From SAR86 cluster bacterium (GTDB lineage Bacteria > Pseudomonadota > Gammaproteobacteria > Magnimaribacterales > AG-339-G14), in NCBI GenBank assembly GCA_023703675.1, contig CP097974.1:21288-85287 (forward strand): 64,000 bases of DNA, in the 5' to 3' direction. The position numbers were made by a program, and so were the translations under genes. Shown here piece after piece: positions 25,047 through 35,048 of this stretch. Within the stretch, counting starts at the first letter, position 1. Each line of letters begins with the position of its first letter. Below the pieces are notes generated by a model that saw only the letters and a program-made list of their open reading frames with translations, was not told the DNA's origin and ran no database searches.

Positions 25047-28000
25047 TTATTGAAAGTTCCACAACAACTCAAGCGAACAAACTTCTGAGGACAAGAGATC
25101 ATCGTCAGAAATGTTCGAGAAGTCAGATTGGTAAGTAGACTTGCCTTGCCACCTACAACCTATATTAGTCGAGATGTTAGGGGAAATTTGAAGCATCAAA
25201 CCTAAATCAACTTCCCAATTATGAGTTTTCAATCCATCGTCCAGCTCCAATAGATAATTCACACTCGGCCCTTCTAAGTTGTAATACATATTCTGACTAG
25301 AAGTTTTCGAGTAATCAAAGCCATATTCTAGGGTCAAATATGGCATAGCGTTGTATTTTGATTCCGCAAAAAGATAGCTGATATCGGTTCCAATTGATGC
25401 TTTGGCATTTGATAGTGTTAGCTCATCAAATGTCAATGCAGCCTCACCCCCAGTTTCACTATATTTATCAAACTCGGTGTGTGAGCCATCAATTCTAAGA
25501 TAAGGAGAAACCAGCCAGTTGGTATTTTTACTGCTTAATGAACGAACGAAGGCGAGCGATCCAAATAGCTGATTCGCATCTCTTTCTCCTTTCAAGAGCT
25601 CTTTCCTATCTACTCGGTCTGAGCTAAATTCTAATTTACTAACTCCAAAAATAAATTGTAACGATCTATTTCTATTATCGAATTTGCCGTACGTTGAAAG
25701 GCTATAATTTTTGGACTCTACGTGAGAGTTATGGCTTCTGTCTTTTGGCTTGGTTTCTCCTAGGCCCAAGGCAAAACCAAACATATCGCCATCGTCACTA
25801 AATAACTTATCGATACCAATGTGAAAAGATTTTTCATCCAGAACTCTTGGGTTTGGCTTAGTTTTCCCAAGCGTCAATTCTCCAAAATCACCATCAATCC
25901 ATACCGACCAATCGCCAATCACTTCTTTTAGTTCTCCACCAGCCGTCACTTTCACCGGGTCTGATACAAATTCTTTGACGGCTGATTTAAATTGCTCTGT
26001 GTTTTGGAAGCCCTCAGCCGTTTCTTGGTCGTTGTACACATTCGAATTTTCAACATCAGGATTTGTGTCTTCAAAACCTGTGTTTTGATTGTAGCGTTGT
26101 GGTGCAACGATAGGTGCTGAGTAATTAGGATCATCAAAATCCGTTACGCAGAACTTACTGGCATTTGGATCTGTCCACGCTTCTAAATTGTCTGTCAGTG
26201 TATGGGTATAAACCAAATTGTTGCCTAGTAGTGAGTTAGAAGATTCTAAGAGGGTCACAATAACTTTCCTGTCTCCAGGATTGAAACCAAATTTGTCTTG
26301 CGAAATACCATCAACCATAATGAAGGCAGATTTGAGCCCAGCTTCTATATTTAATAAGCCTTCCCCAAGCGAGAAGCTCTCATTGTCTGAGGAGCCGGTA
26401 ATATTAAAATCCACAACGATATCTTCATCCGCAATTTTAGATAAATGCACTTTTATCCTCAGAGCTGAAGCAGTTTTAGGACCACTAGAATTGATCGTAC
26501 AAAACTCTACTATCGGCTCTTCAACAAAATTTATATCAAGTGGCTCCTCAACAAAATCAACATCTGGCTCTTCAACAAAATCACTTTCAGGCTCGCTTTC
26601 TCTTATAGTTTTAACTGAATCAATAATTTTATTTTCAAAGTTGACCCTAAACCCTTGTCGCGAAGATGCCATCATTCGTTTGGAAAGCACATTAACATTT
26701 TGATCCACCCAGCGTGTTGCGATCTGATTCATGGCTTTTGCATTATCAATTACTGGCTGCTTAAGAGTCGGATCAGTCAATTCAATACGAGTTTTAAAAT
26801 TAAATTTTGTTTTGTCACTGATGCCTTCATAAGAATTACCAAAAGCGTCCTCAAATGCAGTATTTTCAATTAGCACGTAATATTCTTTTTCATACTCAAG
26901 ATCCGTGGGAAGGTTAATTTTAATAATCTCTGCCCCACAACCAGTGACGATTTCACTAGATAAGTTGACAGTAAAAGAAAAAGAATTATCGGACGACTTA
27001 ATATCAATTGTGCCTGACTTACAATTTACAACTTTGTTAAACGTCAAAATAATGTCGCTATTTATAGGAACGCCAGTGCTGTTGTCTTGAGGGCTGGTGG
27101 TTGTCAAAATCGGGTTTGTATCATCACCATCTGCCAATATTGTGTGAGTATAAACATAGTCATCACCTAAGGTTGCATTAGTTGGATTAGATAAAGTAAC
27201 GATAATCGTTTCGTTTTCCTCTACGAGTCCATCATCAACAATACCAGTTATTGTAATAGTGCCACTTGTTGCGCCAGCACTAATAGTTAAGGTGCCATTG
27301 GCCATGGTATAATCGGTGCCAGAACCGGTGGCGGTGCCCGTCACAATATAATCAACCGTCACGTCTTGTCCTGAAGCTGCCGATAAATCGACCGTGAGAG
27401 CTTTGGAAGAAACCGATTCAGCTCCATTTGAACTAGTGGTATTGAAATCAACTATTGGCGCGTTGTCATTATCATTAATCGTAAAAGTATGAACAATATC
27501 GTTCCCAAGGGTTGCGTTAACTGGGTTAGACAAAGTGATAATTATTGTTTCATCAGCTTCGTCCGCCGAGTCGTCAATAATCGAAGGGATAAGTATTGTT
27601 CCACTTGTTGCCCCCTCCTCAATAAGCACGCTGCCAGATGACAATGTAAAGTCGATGCCCGATCCGGCAGTACCCCCGGTAACCGCATAATCAACGCCAA
27701 CCTGTTGTTCAGATGCAAAGGGAATAACAACAGTTAATGACCTTGAAACAACTGATTCGGAATCGGCAGAAGCCGTAGTAGAAAATTCTATTGCTGGAAT
27801 GCCGTCATTATCTTTGATGGTATAGGTGTGGACACTATCGCTTCCAAGTACGGCATTGCTTGGTCCCGATAAAGTTATGATCACCGTTTCATTTCCTTCT
27901 ATAGACTCGTCATCAACAATACCAGTTATTGTAATAGTGCCACTTGTTGCACCAGCATTTATGGTCAAGCTGCCATTGGCCAAAGTGTAATCAGTGCCCG

Positions 28001-31000
28001 AGCCTGTAGCTGTGCCTGTCACGGCATAATTCACGGTAACGTTATTACTCGAAGCTGCAGATAAATAAACGGTTAAGGCAACCGATGATACATCTTCAGC
28101 ACCAGATGAACTTGAATTACCAAAATCGATTGAAGGCAGACCATCATCATCTGTAATAGTATAAGTGTGCACGTCATTACTGCCCAGAGTTGCGTTACTA
28201 GGACTAGATAAAGTAACAATTACCGTCTCATCAGCTTCATCCGTGGTGTCATTAATAATATTTGCAATTGTGATAGTGCCTGTCGTTCTACCTGAAGGAA
28301 TGCTTAATGTTCCATTCCCCAAAGTGTAATCTGTACCAGATCCGGTGGCCGTTCCTGTGACTGCATAATCGACTGTTACGGTTTCGCCTGAAGGTCCAGA
28401 TAAATTTACCGTCAGAGCTTTTGAGGATACTGATTCAGCTCCACTTGAGCTGGTAGCATTAAAGTCAATGGTTGGGGTATTGTCATTATCATTAATGGTG
28501 TAAGTATAGATGCTGTCGCCACCCAAAATTGCATTACTTGGATTGGATAGTGTCAGTACAACCGTTTCATTGGCTTCGTCGAGAAAATCGTCAACAATAC
28601 TCGCAATAGTGATCGTTCCAGTTGTAGAACCTGCATTAATCGTAAGAGTCCCACTTCCAAGAGTGTAATCGGTACCAGAGCCAGTGGCAGTTCCGGTCAC
28701 CACATAATCAATCGTGACATCTTGTCCTGAGGCTGCTGATAGATCTACTGTAATGGTTTCGGAAGATGTAGATTCAGCTCCACTTGAACTGGTAGCATTA
28801 AAGTCAATGGTTGGGGTATTGTCGTTATCAGTGATCGTATAAGTATGAACGCTGTCACTTCCCAATGTTGCATTGCTAGGACTTGATAACGTAACAATCA
28901 CTGTTTCATTGGCTTCGTCCAAAGCATCATTGACAATGCTTGCAATGGTGATGGTGCCAGCTGTTGATCCAGCACTTATCGTTAGAGTACCATTGGCCAA
29001 AGTGTAATCGGTGCCCGATCCAGTTGCGGTTCCAGTGACCGCGTAACTAACGGTTACGTTTTGACTCGACTCAGCAGATAAGTCAACGGTTAAACCCGCA
29101 GATGAAACTGATTCAGCTCCGCTCGAACTGGTGGTATTGAAGTCAATGGTTGGGGTGTTTTCATCATCATTAATAGTATAAGTGTGAGCACTGTCACTAC
29201 CCAAGGTTGCATTGCTAGGATTTGACAAAGTAACAATGACCGTCTCATTTGGTTCATCTATGGAATCATCAATGATCCCTGCAATTGTAATAGTTCCAGT
29301 TGTTGCACCTGCACTTATAGTGAGAGTTCCATTGGCTAGTGTGTAATCGGTACCAGAGCCAGTGGCAGTTCCGGTCACGGTATAATCAACTGTCACGTCC
29401 TGACTTGAAGCAGCAGATAAATCAACAGCCAAATTGGCAGAAGAAACTGATTCGGCATCACTTGAACTCGTAGCATTGAAGTCAACTACTGGAGGATTGT
29501 CATCGTCATTAATAGTATAGGTATGAACGCTGTCACTGCCCAAAGTCGCATTGTTTGGATTCGACAAAGTGACAATGACTGTCTCATTGGCCTCGTCAGC
29601 CGCATCATCAATAATCCCTGCAATTGTAATAGTTCCAGTTGTTGCACCTGCACTGATGGTTAGGGTGCCATTGGCTAAAGTGTAATCGGTACCAGAGCCA
29701 GTGGCAGTCCCAGTCACTGCGTAATCAATGGTCACGTCTTGTCCTGAAGCTGCCGATAAATCGACTGTAAGAGGTTTGGAAGAAACTGATTCAGCCCCGC
29801 TCGAACTGGTTTCATTAAAATCAACCACTGGAGCATCGTCATTGTCAGTGATGGTGTAAGTATGAGCATCATCACTTCCCAAGGTTGCATTGTTAGGACT
29901 TGATAGAGTAACGATCACCGTCTCATTAGCTTCATCGATGGAGTCGTTAACAATGCTACCGATTGTAATAGTCCCGCTTGATGCACCTGCACTAATGGTT
30001 AAGGTGCCATTGGCCAAAGTGTAATCGGTACCGAAGCCAGTAGCAGTTCCAGTCACCGCGTAATTAACAGTGACGCTTTGCCCTGAAATTGCCGATAAAT
30101 CTACGGTCAAATCCGCAGAAGAAACTGATTCAGCTCCACTCGAACTGGTTGCATTAAAATCAATTACTGGAGGATTGTCATTGTCAGTAATGGTGTAAGT
30201 GTGAACGCTATCACTTCCTAAGGTTGCATTGCTTGGACTTGATAGAGTAACGATCACCGTCTCATTAGACTCATCGATTGAGTCATCGATAATGCTGGAT
30301 ATATCGATGGTTCCAGATGTTGCGCCCGCACTAATGGTTAAGGTGCCATTGGCTAGAGAGTAATCGGTCCCAGAGCCAGTGGCTGTCCCCGTCACCGCAT
30401 AATTAACGGTCACGTCTTGTCCCGAAGCTGCTGATAAATCTACTGTTAAAGATTTAGAAGAAACTGATTCTGCTCCGCTCGAACTAGTAGTATTGAAATC
30501 GACTACTGGCGGATTGTCGTTGTCATTGATCGTGTAAGTGTGAACAAGAATAGAGCCCGCATCCGCGTTTGATGGATTAGATAAGGTGATAACGACAGTT
30601 TCGTTCAACTCATCCAAAGAGTCATTGATAATACTGCCAATTGTAATTGTCGTTGATGTCGAGCCGGCTGCAATAGTAGCAGTACCATTGGCCAAAGTGT
30701 AATCGGTACCCGATCCAGTGGCTGTACCCGTCACCGCATAATTAACAGTTACATCTTGCCCCGAGGTTGCCGATAGATTGATCGCGATGGCTTTAGAAGA
30801 AGTAGATTCAGCTCCGCTTGAAGTGGCATCAGCAAAAGATATATTCCTGTCTCCTACTGGCTCCAAAATTGTGAACGTGTGAACATTATCACTGCCTAAC
30901 GTTGCATTACTGGGGCTTGATAGAGTAAGAATGACGGTCTCACTTCCTTCGGTAACTCCATCATCGACAATTCCAGCTATTGTAATAGTTCCTGTTGTCG

Positions 31001-34000
31001 ATCCTGCATTTATGGTGAGAGACGCATCGGCTAAAGTGTAATCGGTGCCTGATCCAGTTGCAGTTCCAGTTACCGCGTAATTAACGGTCACGTTTTGTGC
31101 TGAAACTGCGGATAAATTGACTGTAACAGCTTTGGTAGAAACGGATTCTGCCCCGCTTGAACTAGTCAACTCAAAATCAACCACTGGAGCATTGTCATTG
31201 TCTGTGATGGTATAAGTATGAGCATCATCACTGCCTAATGTGGCATTGTTAGGACTTGATAAAGTAACAATGATTGTCTCATTAGCTTCATCTAGAGAGT
31301 CATCAACAATACTGCCAATTGTAATTGTCGTTGATGTTGATCCGGCTGCGATAGTCGCAGTGCCATTAGCCAAAGTGTAATCAGTACCCGATCCAGTTGC
31401 TGTTCCAGTTACCGCATAATTAACGGTCACGGTTTGACTAGAAGCTGCCGATAAATCCACTGTAAGAGCTTTTGACGATACCGATTCAGTACCATTCGAA
31501 CTGGTTTCATTAAAATCAACTACTGGAGGATTGTCATCATCTGTGATGGTGTAAGTATGAGCATCATCACTGCCTAAAGTGGCATTGGTAGGACTTGATA
31601 GAGTAACGATTACCGTTTCATTGGCTTCGTCAAGAGAGTCGTTAACAATTCCTGCAATGGTGATCGTGCCAGACGTCGACCCAGCACTTATGGTTAAGGT
31701 GCCATTGGCCAAAGTATAATCTGTGCCAGAACCAGTGGCCGTTCCGGTCACCGCATAATCGACGGTCACGTCTTGTCCTGAAGCTGCCGATAAATCCACT
31801 GTAAGAGCTTTTGACGATACAGATTCATTTCCATTTGAACTGGTTTCATTAAAATCAACCACTGGCGGATTGTCATTGTCAGTAATGGTGTAAGTGTGAA
31901 CATCGTCACTGCCCAAAGTCGCATTGCTTGGATTCGACAAAGTAACGACTACAGTTTCATTGGCTTCATCCAAAGCATCATTAATAATGCTCGCAATTGT
32001 AATAGTGCCAGATGTTGCGCCTGCGCTAATGGTTAGGGTGTTATTGGCCAAAGTGTAATCAGTACCCGAACCAGTGGCAGTTCCGGTCACGGCAAAATCA
32101 ACAGTCACGGTTTGACTGGATGCTGCTGATAAATCTACTGTAAGAGCTTTGGAAGAAACTGATTCAGCTCCGGTCGAGCTAGTAATGTTGAAGTCAACTA
32201 CTGGCGGATTGTCATTGTCAGTAATTGTGTAAGTATGAACGCTGTCACTTCCTAACGTGGCATTGCTTGGATTCGATAAAGTAACGATGACTGTCTCATT
32301 CAATTCGTCTAGACCATCATCGACAATCCCTGCAATTGTAATAGTTCCAGATGTCGCGCCTGCACTTATGGTAAGAGTGTCATCGGCTAGTGTGTAATCA
32401 GTACCAGAGCCGCTTGCAGTTCCTGTCACTACATAATCAACAGTAACGTTTTGAATGGATGAAGCAGATAAATCTACCGTAATGGCTTTGGATGATACTG
32501 ATTCAGCTCCACTGGAACTCGTGGTATTGAAATCAACTACTGGCGGATTGTCATTGTCAGTAATCGTGTATGTATGAGCATCATCACTGCCTAAAGTGGC
32601 GTTGATAGGGCTCGATAAGGTAACGATCACCGTTTCATTAGCCTCATCAATTGAGTCATCGACAATCCCTGCAATTGTTATAGTTCCTGATGTTGCGCCA
32701 GCACTAATAGTAAGCGTTCCGTTCGCCAAAGTGTAATCGGTGCCAGAGCCTGTAGCCGTTCCGGTCACAGCATAATCAACGGTTACGTCTTGTCCTGAGG
32801 CTGCCGACAAATCGACCGTAAGAGGTTTAGAAGATACCGATTCGGCTCCACTCGAACTAGTAGTGTTGAAGTCAACCACCGGCGGATTGTCATTGTCAGT
32901 AATGGTGTAGGTATGAACGCTGTTGCTACCCAAAGTCGCATTGCTAGGGCTTGATAAAGTTAGAATGACGGTTTCATTGGTTTCGTCTAAAGAGTCATTG
33001 ACAATGCTAGCAATAGTAATCGTCGTTGATGTAGAACCAGCTGTAATAGTTGCAGTGCCATTAGCAAGAGTGTAATCGGTACCAGAGCCAGTCGCGGTTC
33101 CGGTCACGGCATAATTTACTGTCACGTTTACGTTCGATGCAGCAGATAAATCTACCGTGATGGCCTTAGAAGCAACAGTCTCAGCTCCATTCGAGCTGAT
33201 AGTGTTGAAGTCAACTACTGGCGGATTGTCATTGTCATTTATTGTGTAAGTATGAACGCTATCATTTCCCAAAGTGGCATTGCTAGGATTCGATAAAGTA
33301 ACGATGACCGTCTCATTGGCTTCATCAAAAGAATCGTTAACAATACTGCCAATCGTAATAGTCCCACTTGTTGCGCCAGCGTTTATCGTTAAGGTGCCAT
33401 TGGCTAGGGTGTAATCGGTGCCGGAGCCAGTGGCAGTTCCGGTCACCACGTAATCGACGGTCACGTTCTGGCTTGACGCAAATGATAAATCCACAGTTAA
33501 TGCTGCAGAGGAAACCGATTCGGCTCCATTAGAGCTAGTAATGTTAAAATCAATAGTTGGATTGGCTGCTCTAGTTATAACTCGGATAAAGTCACCTGGC
33601 TTACCGTTTTTTGCACCAAACCTTAATGTTCTCTTGTCAGAGCCAATAGAGACCCAATCACCAGATGTAGTTGAGGCTGTTGTACTGCTGCCATAATGAA
33701 CATGGTTTTCTGTCTGTCTTGCACTGAAACCACTATTGCCCGAGTTTGGATAGACTGCATTATCTTTATCGACTTCGGGAAAGGCGACAGTCATCGAAGG
33801 GTCTGTCCAGTAGCCCAATATTTCGTTTTCAAATACTATCTGACCAATCTTTGAGGTTCGATCGGTGCCACTGTTGTGATCGTCGTTGATAAAAACTAGG
33901 TAAGAATTAGCTGGGGTATTCCCAAAATGAATCGAAGTTGCACTTCCAGTTGGCACGTAACCAAGACCACTAAAGTTATAGGTAGTGGTGCATTGAGAGA

Positions 34001-34247
34001 CAGTTTGGCCTTGTTGACAAATATTTGTTCTCTCAGGAACAATTATAAAGTCTTCTCCCGAAGAAGATCTTTGGCTGCCGTTTTTGTCTTGTTTTCTAGC
34101 CTTTAAATTAGTGGCACCAGGAATAATTTCTACATATGAATTAACGCTCGCAATACCATTTGCGTTGGCTTGTGTAGATAAAAATCCAGCAAATACTAAA
34201 ATTACTCCAATAAAGACGCACTTAAATAAATCCTGTCTTACTTTCAT
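25047..34247 (-). CDS. Giant (3066 aa) surface protein. Order: signal peptide, unknown N-domain, 19 tandem Calx-beta-like units, Ig-like (SbsA_Ig-type) domain, acidic DFVEEP microrepeat, one degenerate Calx-beta unit, C-terminal autotransporter-type beta-barrel
   Basis: Repeats carry VT(V)DYAVTGTATGSGTDYTL ... GTITI..IVDDS.DE.NETV.VTLS.P.NATLG. The C-terminal ~300 aa has alternating beta-strand patterns (GFALGLG, YSLSTYGKF, PYLTLEYGF) and ends in LELLWNF. Confidence 0.85.
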   Translation of the reverse strand: MKVRQDLFKCVFIGVILVFAGFLSTQANANGIASVNSYVEIIPGATNLKARKQDKNGSQRSSSGEDFIIVPERTNICQQGQTVSQCTTTYNFSGLGYVPTGSATSIHFGNTPANSYLVFINDDHNSGTDRTSKIGQIVFENEILGYWTDPSMTVAFPEVDKDNAVYPNSGNSGFSARQTENHVHYGSSTTASTTSGDWVSIGSDKRTLRFGAKNGKPGDFIRVITRAANPTIDFNITSSNGAESVSSAALTVDLSFASSQNVTVDYVVTGTATGSGTDYTLANGTLTINAGATSGTITIGSIVNDSFDEANETVIVTLSNPSNATLGNDSVHTYTINDNDNPPVVDFNTISSNGAETVASKAITVDLSAASNVNVTVNYAVTGTATGSGTDYTLANGTATITAGSTSTTITIASIVNDSLDETNETVILTLSSPSNATLGSNSVHTYTITDNDNPPVVDFNTTSSSGAESVSSKPLTVDLSAASGQDVTVDYAVTGTATGSGTDYTLANGTLTISAGATSGTITIAGIVDDSIDEANETVIVTLSSPINATLGSDDAHTYTITDNDNPPVVDFNTTSSSGAESVSSKAITVDLSASSIQNVTVDYVVTGTASGSGTDYTLADDTLTISAGATSGTITIAGIVDDGLDELNETVIVTLSNPSNATLGSDSVHTYTITDNDNPPVVDFNITSSTGAESVSSKALTVDLSAASSQTVTVDFAVTGTATGSGTDYTLANNTLTISAGATSGTITIASIINDALDEANETVVVTLSNPSNATLGSDDVHTYTITDNDNPPVVDFNETSSNGNESVSSKALTVDLSAASGQDVTVDYAVTGTATGSGTDYTLANGTLTISAGSTSGTITIAGIVNDSLDEANETVIVTLSSPTNATLGSDDAHTYTITDDDNPPVVDFNETSSNGTESVSSKALTVDLSAASSQTVTVNYAVTGTATGSGTDYTLANGTATIAAGSTSTTITIGSIVDDSLDEANETIIVTLSSPNNATLGSDDAHTYTITDNDNAPVVDFELTSSSGAESVSTKAVTVNLSAVSAQNVTVNYAVTGTATGSGTDYTLADASLTINAGSTTGTITIAGIVDDGVTEGSETVILTLSSPSNATLGSDNVHTFTILEPVGDRNISFADATSSGAESTSSKAIAINLSATSGQDVTVNYAVTGTATGSGTDYTLANGTATIAAGSTSTTITIGSIINDSLDELNETVVITLSNPSNADAGSILVHTYTINDNDNPPVVDFNTTSSSGAESVSSKSLTVDLSAASGQDVTVNYAVTGTATGSGTDYSLANGTLTISAGATSGTIDISSIIDDSIDESNETVIVTLSSPSNATLGSDSVHTYTITDNDNPPVIDFNATSSSGAESVSSADLTVDLSAISGQSVTVNYAVTGTATGFGTDYTLANGTLTISAGASSGTITIGSIVNDSIDEANETVIVTLSSPNNATLGSDDAHTYTITDNDDAPVVDFNETSSSGAESVSSKPLTVDLSAASGQDVTIDYAVTGTATGSGTDYTLANGTLTISAGATTGTITIAGIIDDAADEANETVIVTLSNPNNATLGSDSVHTYTINDDDNPPVVDFNATSSSDAESVSSANLAVDLSAASSQDVTVDYTVTGTATGSGTDYTLANGTLTISAGATTGTITIAGIIDDSIDEPNETVIVTLSNPSNATLGSDSAHTYTINDDENTPTIDFNTTSSSGAESVSSAGLTVDLSAESSQNVTVSYAVTGTATGSGTDYTLANGTLTISAGSTAGTITIASIVNDALDEANETVIVTLSSPSNATLGSDSVHTYTITDNDNTPTIDFNATSSSGAESTSSETITVDLSAASGQDVTIDYVVTGTATGSGTDYTLGSGTLTINAGSTTGTITIASIVDDFLDEANETVVLTLSNPSNAILGGDSIYTYTINDNDNTPTIDFNATSSSGAESVSSKALTVNLSGPSGETVTVDYAVTGTATGSGTDYTLGNGTLSIPSGRTTGTITIANIINDTTDEADETVIVTLSSPSNATLGSNDVHTYTITDDDGLPSIDFGNSSSSGAEDVSSVALTVYLSAASSNNVTVNYAVTGTATGSGTDYTLANGSLTINAGATSGTITITGIVDDESIEGNETVIITLSGPSNAVLGSDSVHTYTIKDNDGIPAIEFSTTASADSESVVSRSLTVVIPFASEQQVGVDYAVTGGTAGSGIDFTLSSGSVLIEEGATSGTILIPSIIDDSADEADETIIITLSNPVNATLGNDIVHTFTINDNDNAPIVDFNTTSSNGAESVSSKALTVDLSAASGQDVTVDYIVTGTATGSGTDYTMANGTLTISAGATSGTITITGIVDDGLVEENETIIVTLSNPTNATLGDDYVYTHTILADGDDTNPILTTTSPQDNSTGVPINSDIILTFNKVVNCKSGTIDIKSSDNSFSFTVNLSSEIVTGCGAEIIKINLPTDLEYEKEYYVLIENTAFEDAFGNSYEGISDKTKFNFKTRIELTDPTLKQPVIDNAKAMNQIATRWVDQNVNVLSKRMMASSRQGFRVNFENKIIDSVKTIRESEPESDFVEEPDVDFVEEPLDINFVEEPIVEFCTINSSGPKTASALRIKVHLSKIADEDIVVDFNITGSSDNESFSLGEGLLNIEAGLKSAFIMVDGISQDKFGFNPGDRKVIVTLLESSNSLLGNNLVYTHTLTDNLEAWTDPNASKFCVTDFDDPNYSAPIVAPQRYNQNTGFEDTNPDVENSNVYNDQETAEGFQNTEQFKSAVKEFVSDPVKVTAGGELKEVIGDWSVWIDGDFGELTLGKTKPNPRVLDEKSFHIGIDKLFSDDGDMFGFALGLGETKPKDRSHNSHVESKNYSLSTYGKFDNRNRSLQFIFGVSKLEFSSDRVDRKELLKGERDANQLFGSLAFVRSLSSKNTNWLVSPYLRIDGSHTEFDKYSETGGEAALTFDELTLSNAKASIGTDISYLFAESKYNAMPYLTLEYGFDYSKTSSQNMYYNLEGPSVNYLLELDDGLKTHNWEVDLGLMLQISPNISTNIGCRWQGKSTYQSDFSNISDDDLLSSEVCSLELLWNFQ
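27120..33563 (-). repeat. Coding tandem repeat array: 19 units of 339 nt (113 aa), Calx-beta-like
   Basis: Period counted from the translated sequence. The first unit starts at about aa 229 (NPTIDFN) and the last ends at about aa 2376 (ILADGDD). Long near-identical DNA stretches recur, e.g. gtgccattggccaaagtgtaatcggt. Confidence 0.85.
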
Positions 34248-34358
34248 TTTTTAATAACTTATCCCCCAAGAAAGTCAGAGCCGAATTTTATAAGAATAAT
34301 GACTATCCATCATCATTTCAGCTGTAATTTAAATAATTATTTTTAAAGAATTAAATCT

Positions 34359-34964
34359 TTAGTCCTGAATGAAAATTTGAAACAAATTTAAGATTATTTT
34401 TGACAATTCTTCAACCCCGAAAGCAGTTTTAGCAGAAAGAAGCATTGGCTCACCAAGTAATAAATTTTGAGAAGTTTGTTTCGTACACTTTAATAGTTCC
34501 TGAGAAGCTTTGCTCTTTGAAAGCTTGTCCGATTTGTTCAAAAGAATTTGTATCGGCAAATCATATTTTTCACACCAAGCAATAAAATTTAAATCGCTTT
34601 CTTGTAAAGGATGTCTGACATCCATAATTAGAATAATGCCTCTGAGACTTTTGCGAGTAGCCATGTATTTGGTGATTTGTTGTCCCCATTCTTTTTGCAT
34701 TTTTTTTGAGGCTTTTGCATAGCCATAACCCGGGAGGTCTACTAATTTTTTTGTGGGATCATCATTGAGGTTGAAAAAGTTAATGGATTGAGTTCGACCA
34801 GGTGTGTTGGAAGTTTTCGCTAACTTTTTACGGTTGGCTAGTATGTTCAAGACGCTCGATTTTCCAGAATTGGAGCGACCACAAATGGCTAGCTCAATTC
34901 CCAGATCATCAGGAAAAAACTGCTCTGCAGGACAAGATCTATCAAAGTTAATCTTTAGGAACAT
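34359..34964 (-). CDS. engB: Ribosome biogenesis GTP-binding protein YsxC/EngB
   Basis: G1 motif GRSNSGKSS, G3 DLPGYGY, G4 NKSDK; ~200 aa. Divergent from cytochrome c4, as in many Gammaproteobacteria. Confidence 0.9.
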   Translation of the reverse strand: MFLKINFDRSCPAEQFFPDDLGIELAICGRSNSGKSSVLNILANRKKLAKTSNTPGRTQSINFFNLNDDPTKKLVDLPGYGYAKASKKMQKEWGQQITKYMATRKSLRGIILIMDVRHPLQESDLNFIAWCEKYDLPIQILLNKSDKLSKSKASQELLKCTKQTSQNLLLGEPMLLSAKTAFGVEELSKIILNLFQIFIQD

Positions 34965-35048
34965 ACTTTTTCAGACATATTGTTATAAAGGAAAATTTAC
35001 CTTCAATAGTATATAATTCTGCTCACTTAGCCCACAAAAGAATAAATA

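Noticed and set aside
26218-26703. 161-aa ORF, plus several 60-70-aa ORFs at 25952-27730, on the strand opposite the giant gene or out of frame with it
   Set aside because: They lie entirely inside the 9.2-kb coding region and have low-complexity Ser/Leu-rich translations with no SD. They are a typical artefact of long repetitive coding sequence.
27120-33563. Highly periodic repeats that could superficially suggest a CRISPR array or satellite
   Set aside because: The period is 339 nt and contiguous, with no unique spacers. The whole array stays in one open reading frame encoding Calx-beta units, so it is a coding tandem repeat, not a CRISPR.
34291-34320. Fur-box-like AT-rich stretch (aataatgactatccatcat) upstream of the giant gene
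   Set aside because: My best alignment to the 19-bp Fur consensus gives only about 11/19 matches with no dyad symmetry, which is indistinguishable from AT-rich background.
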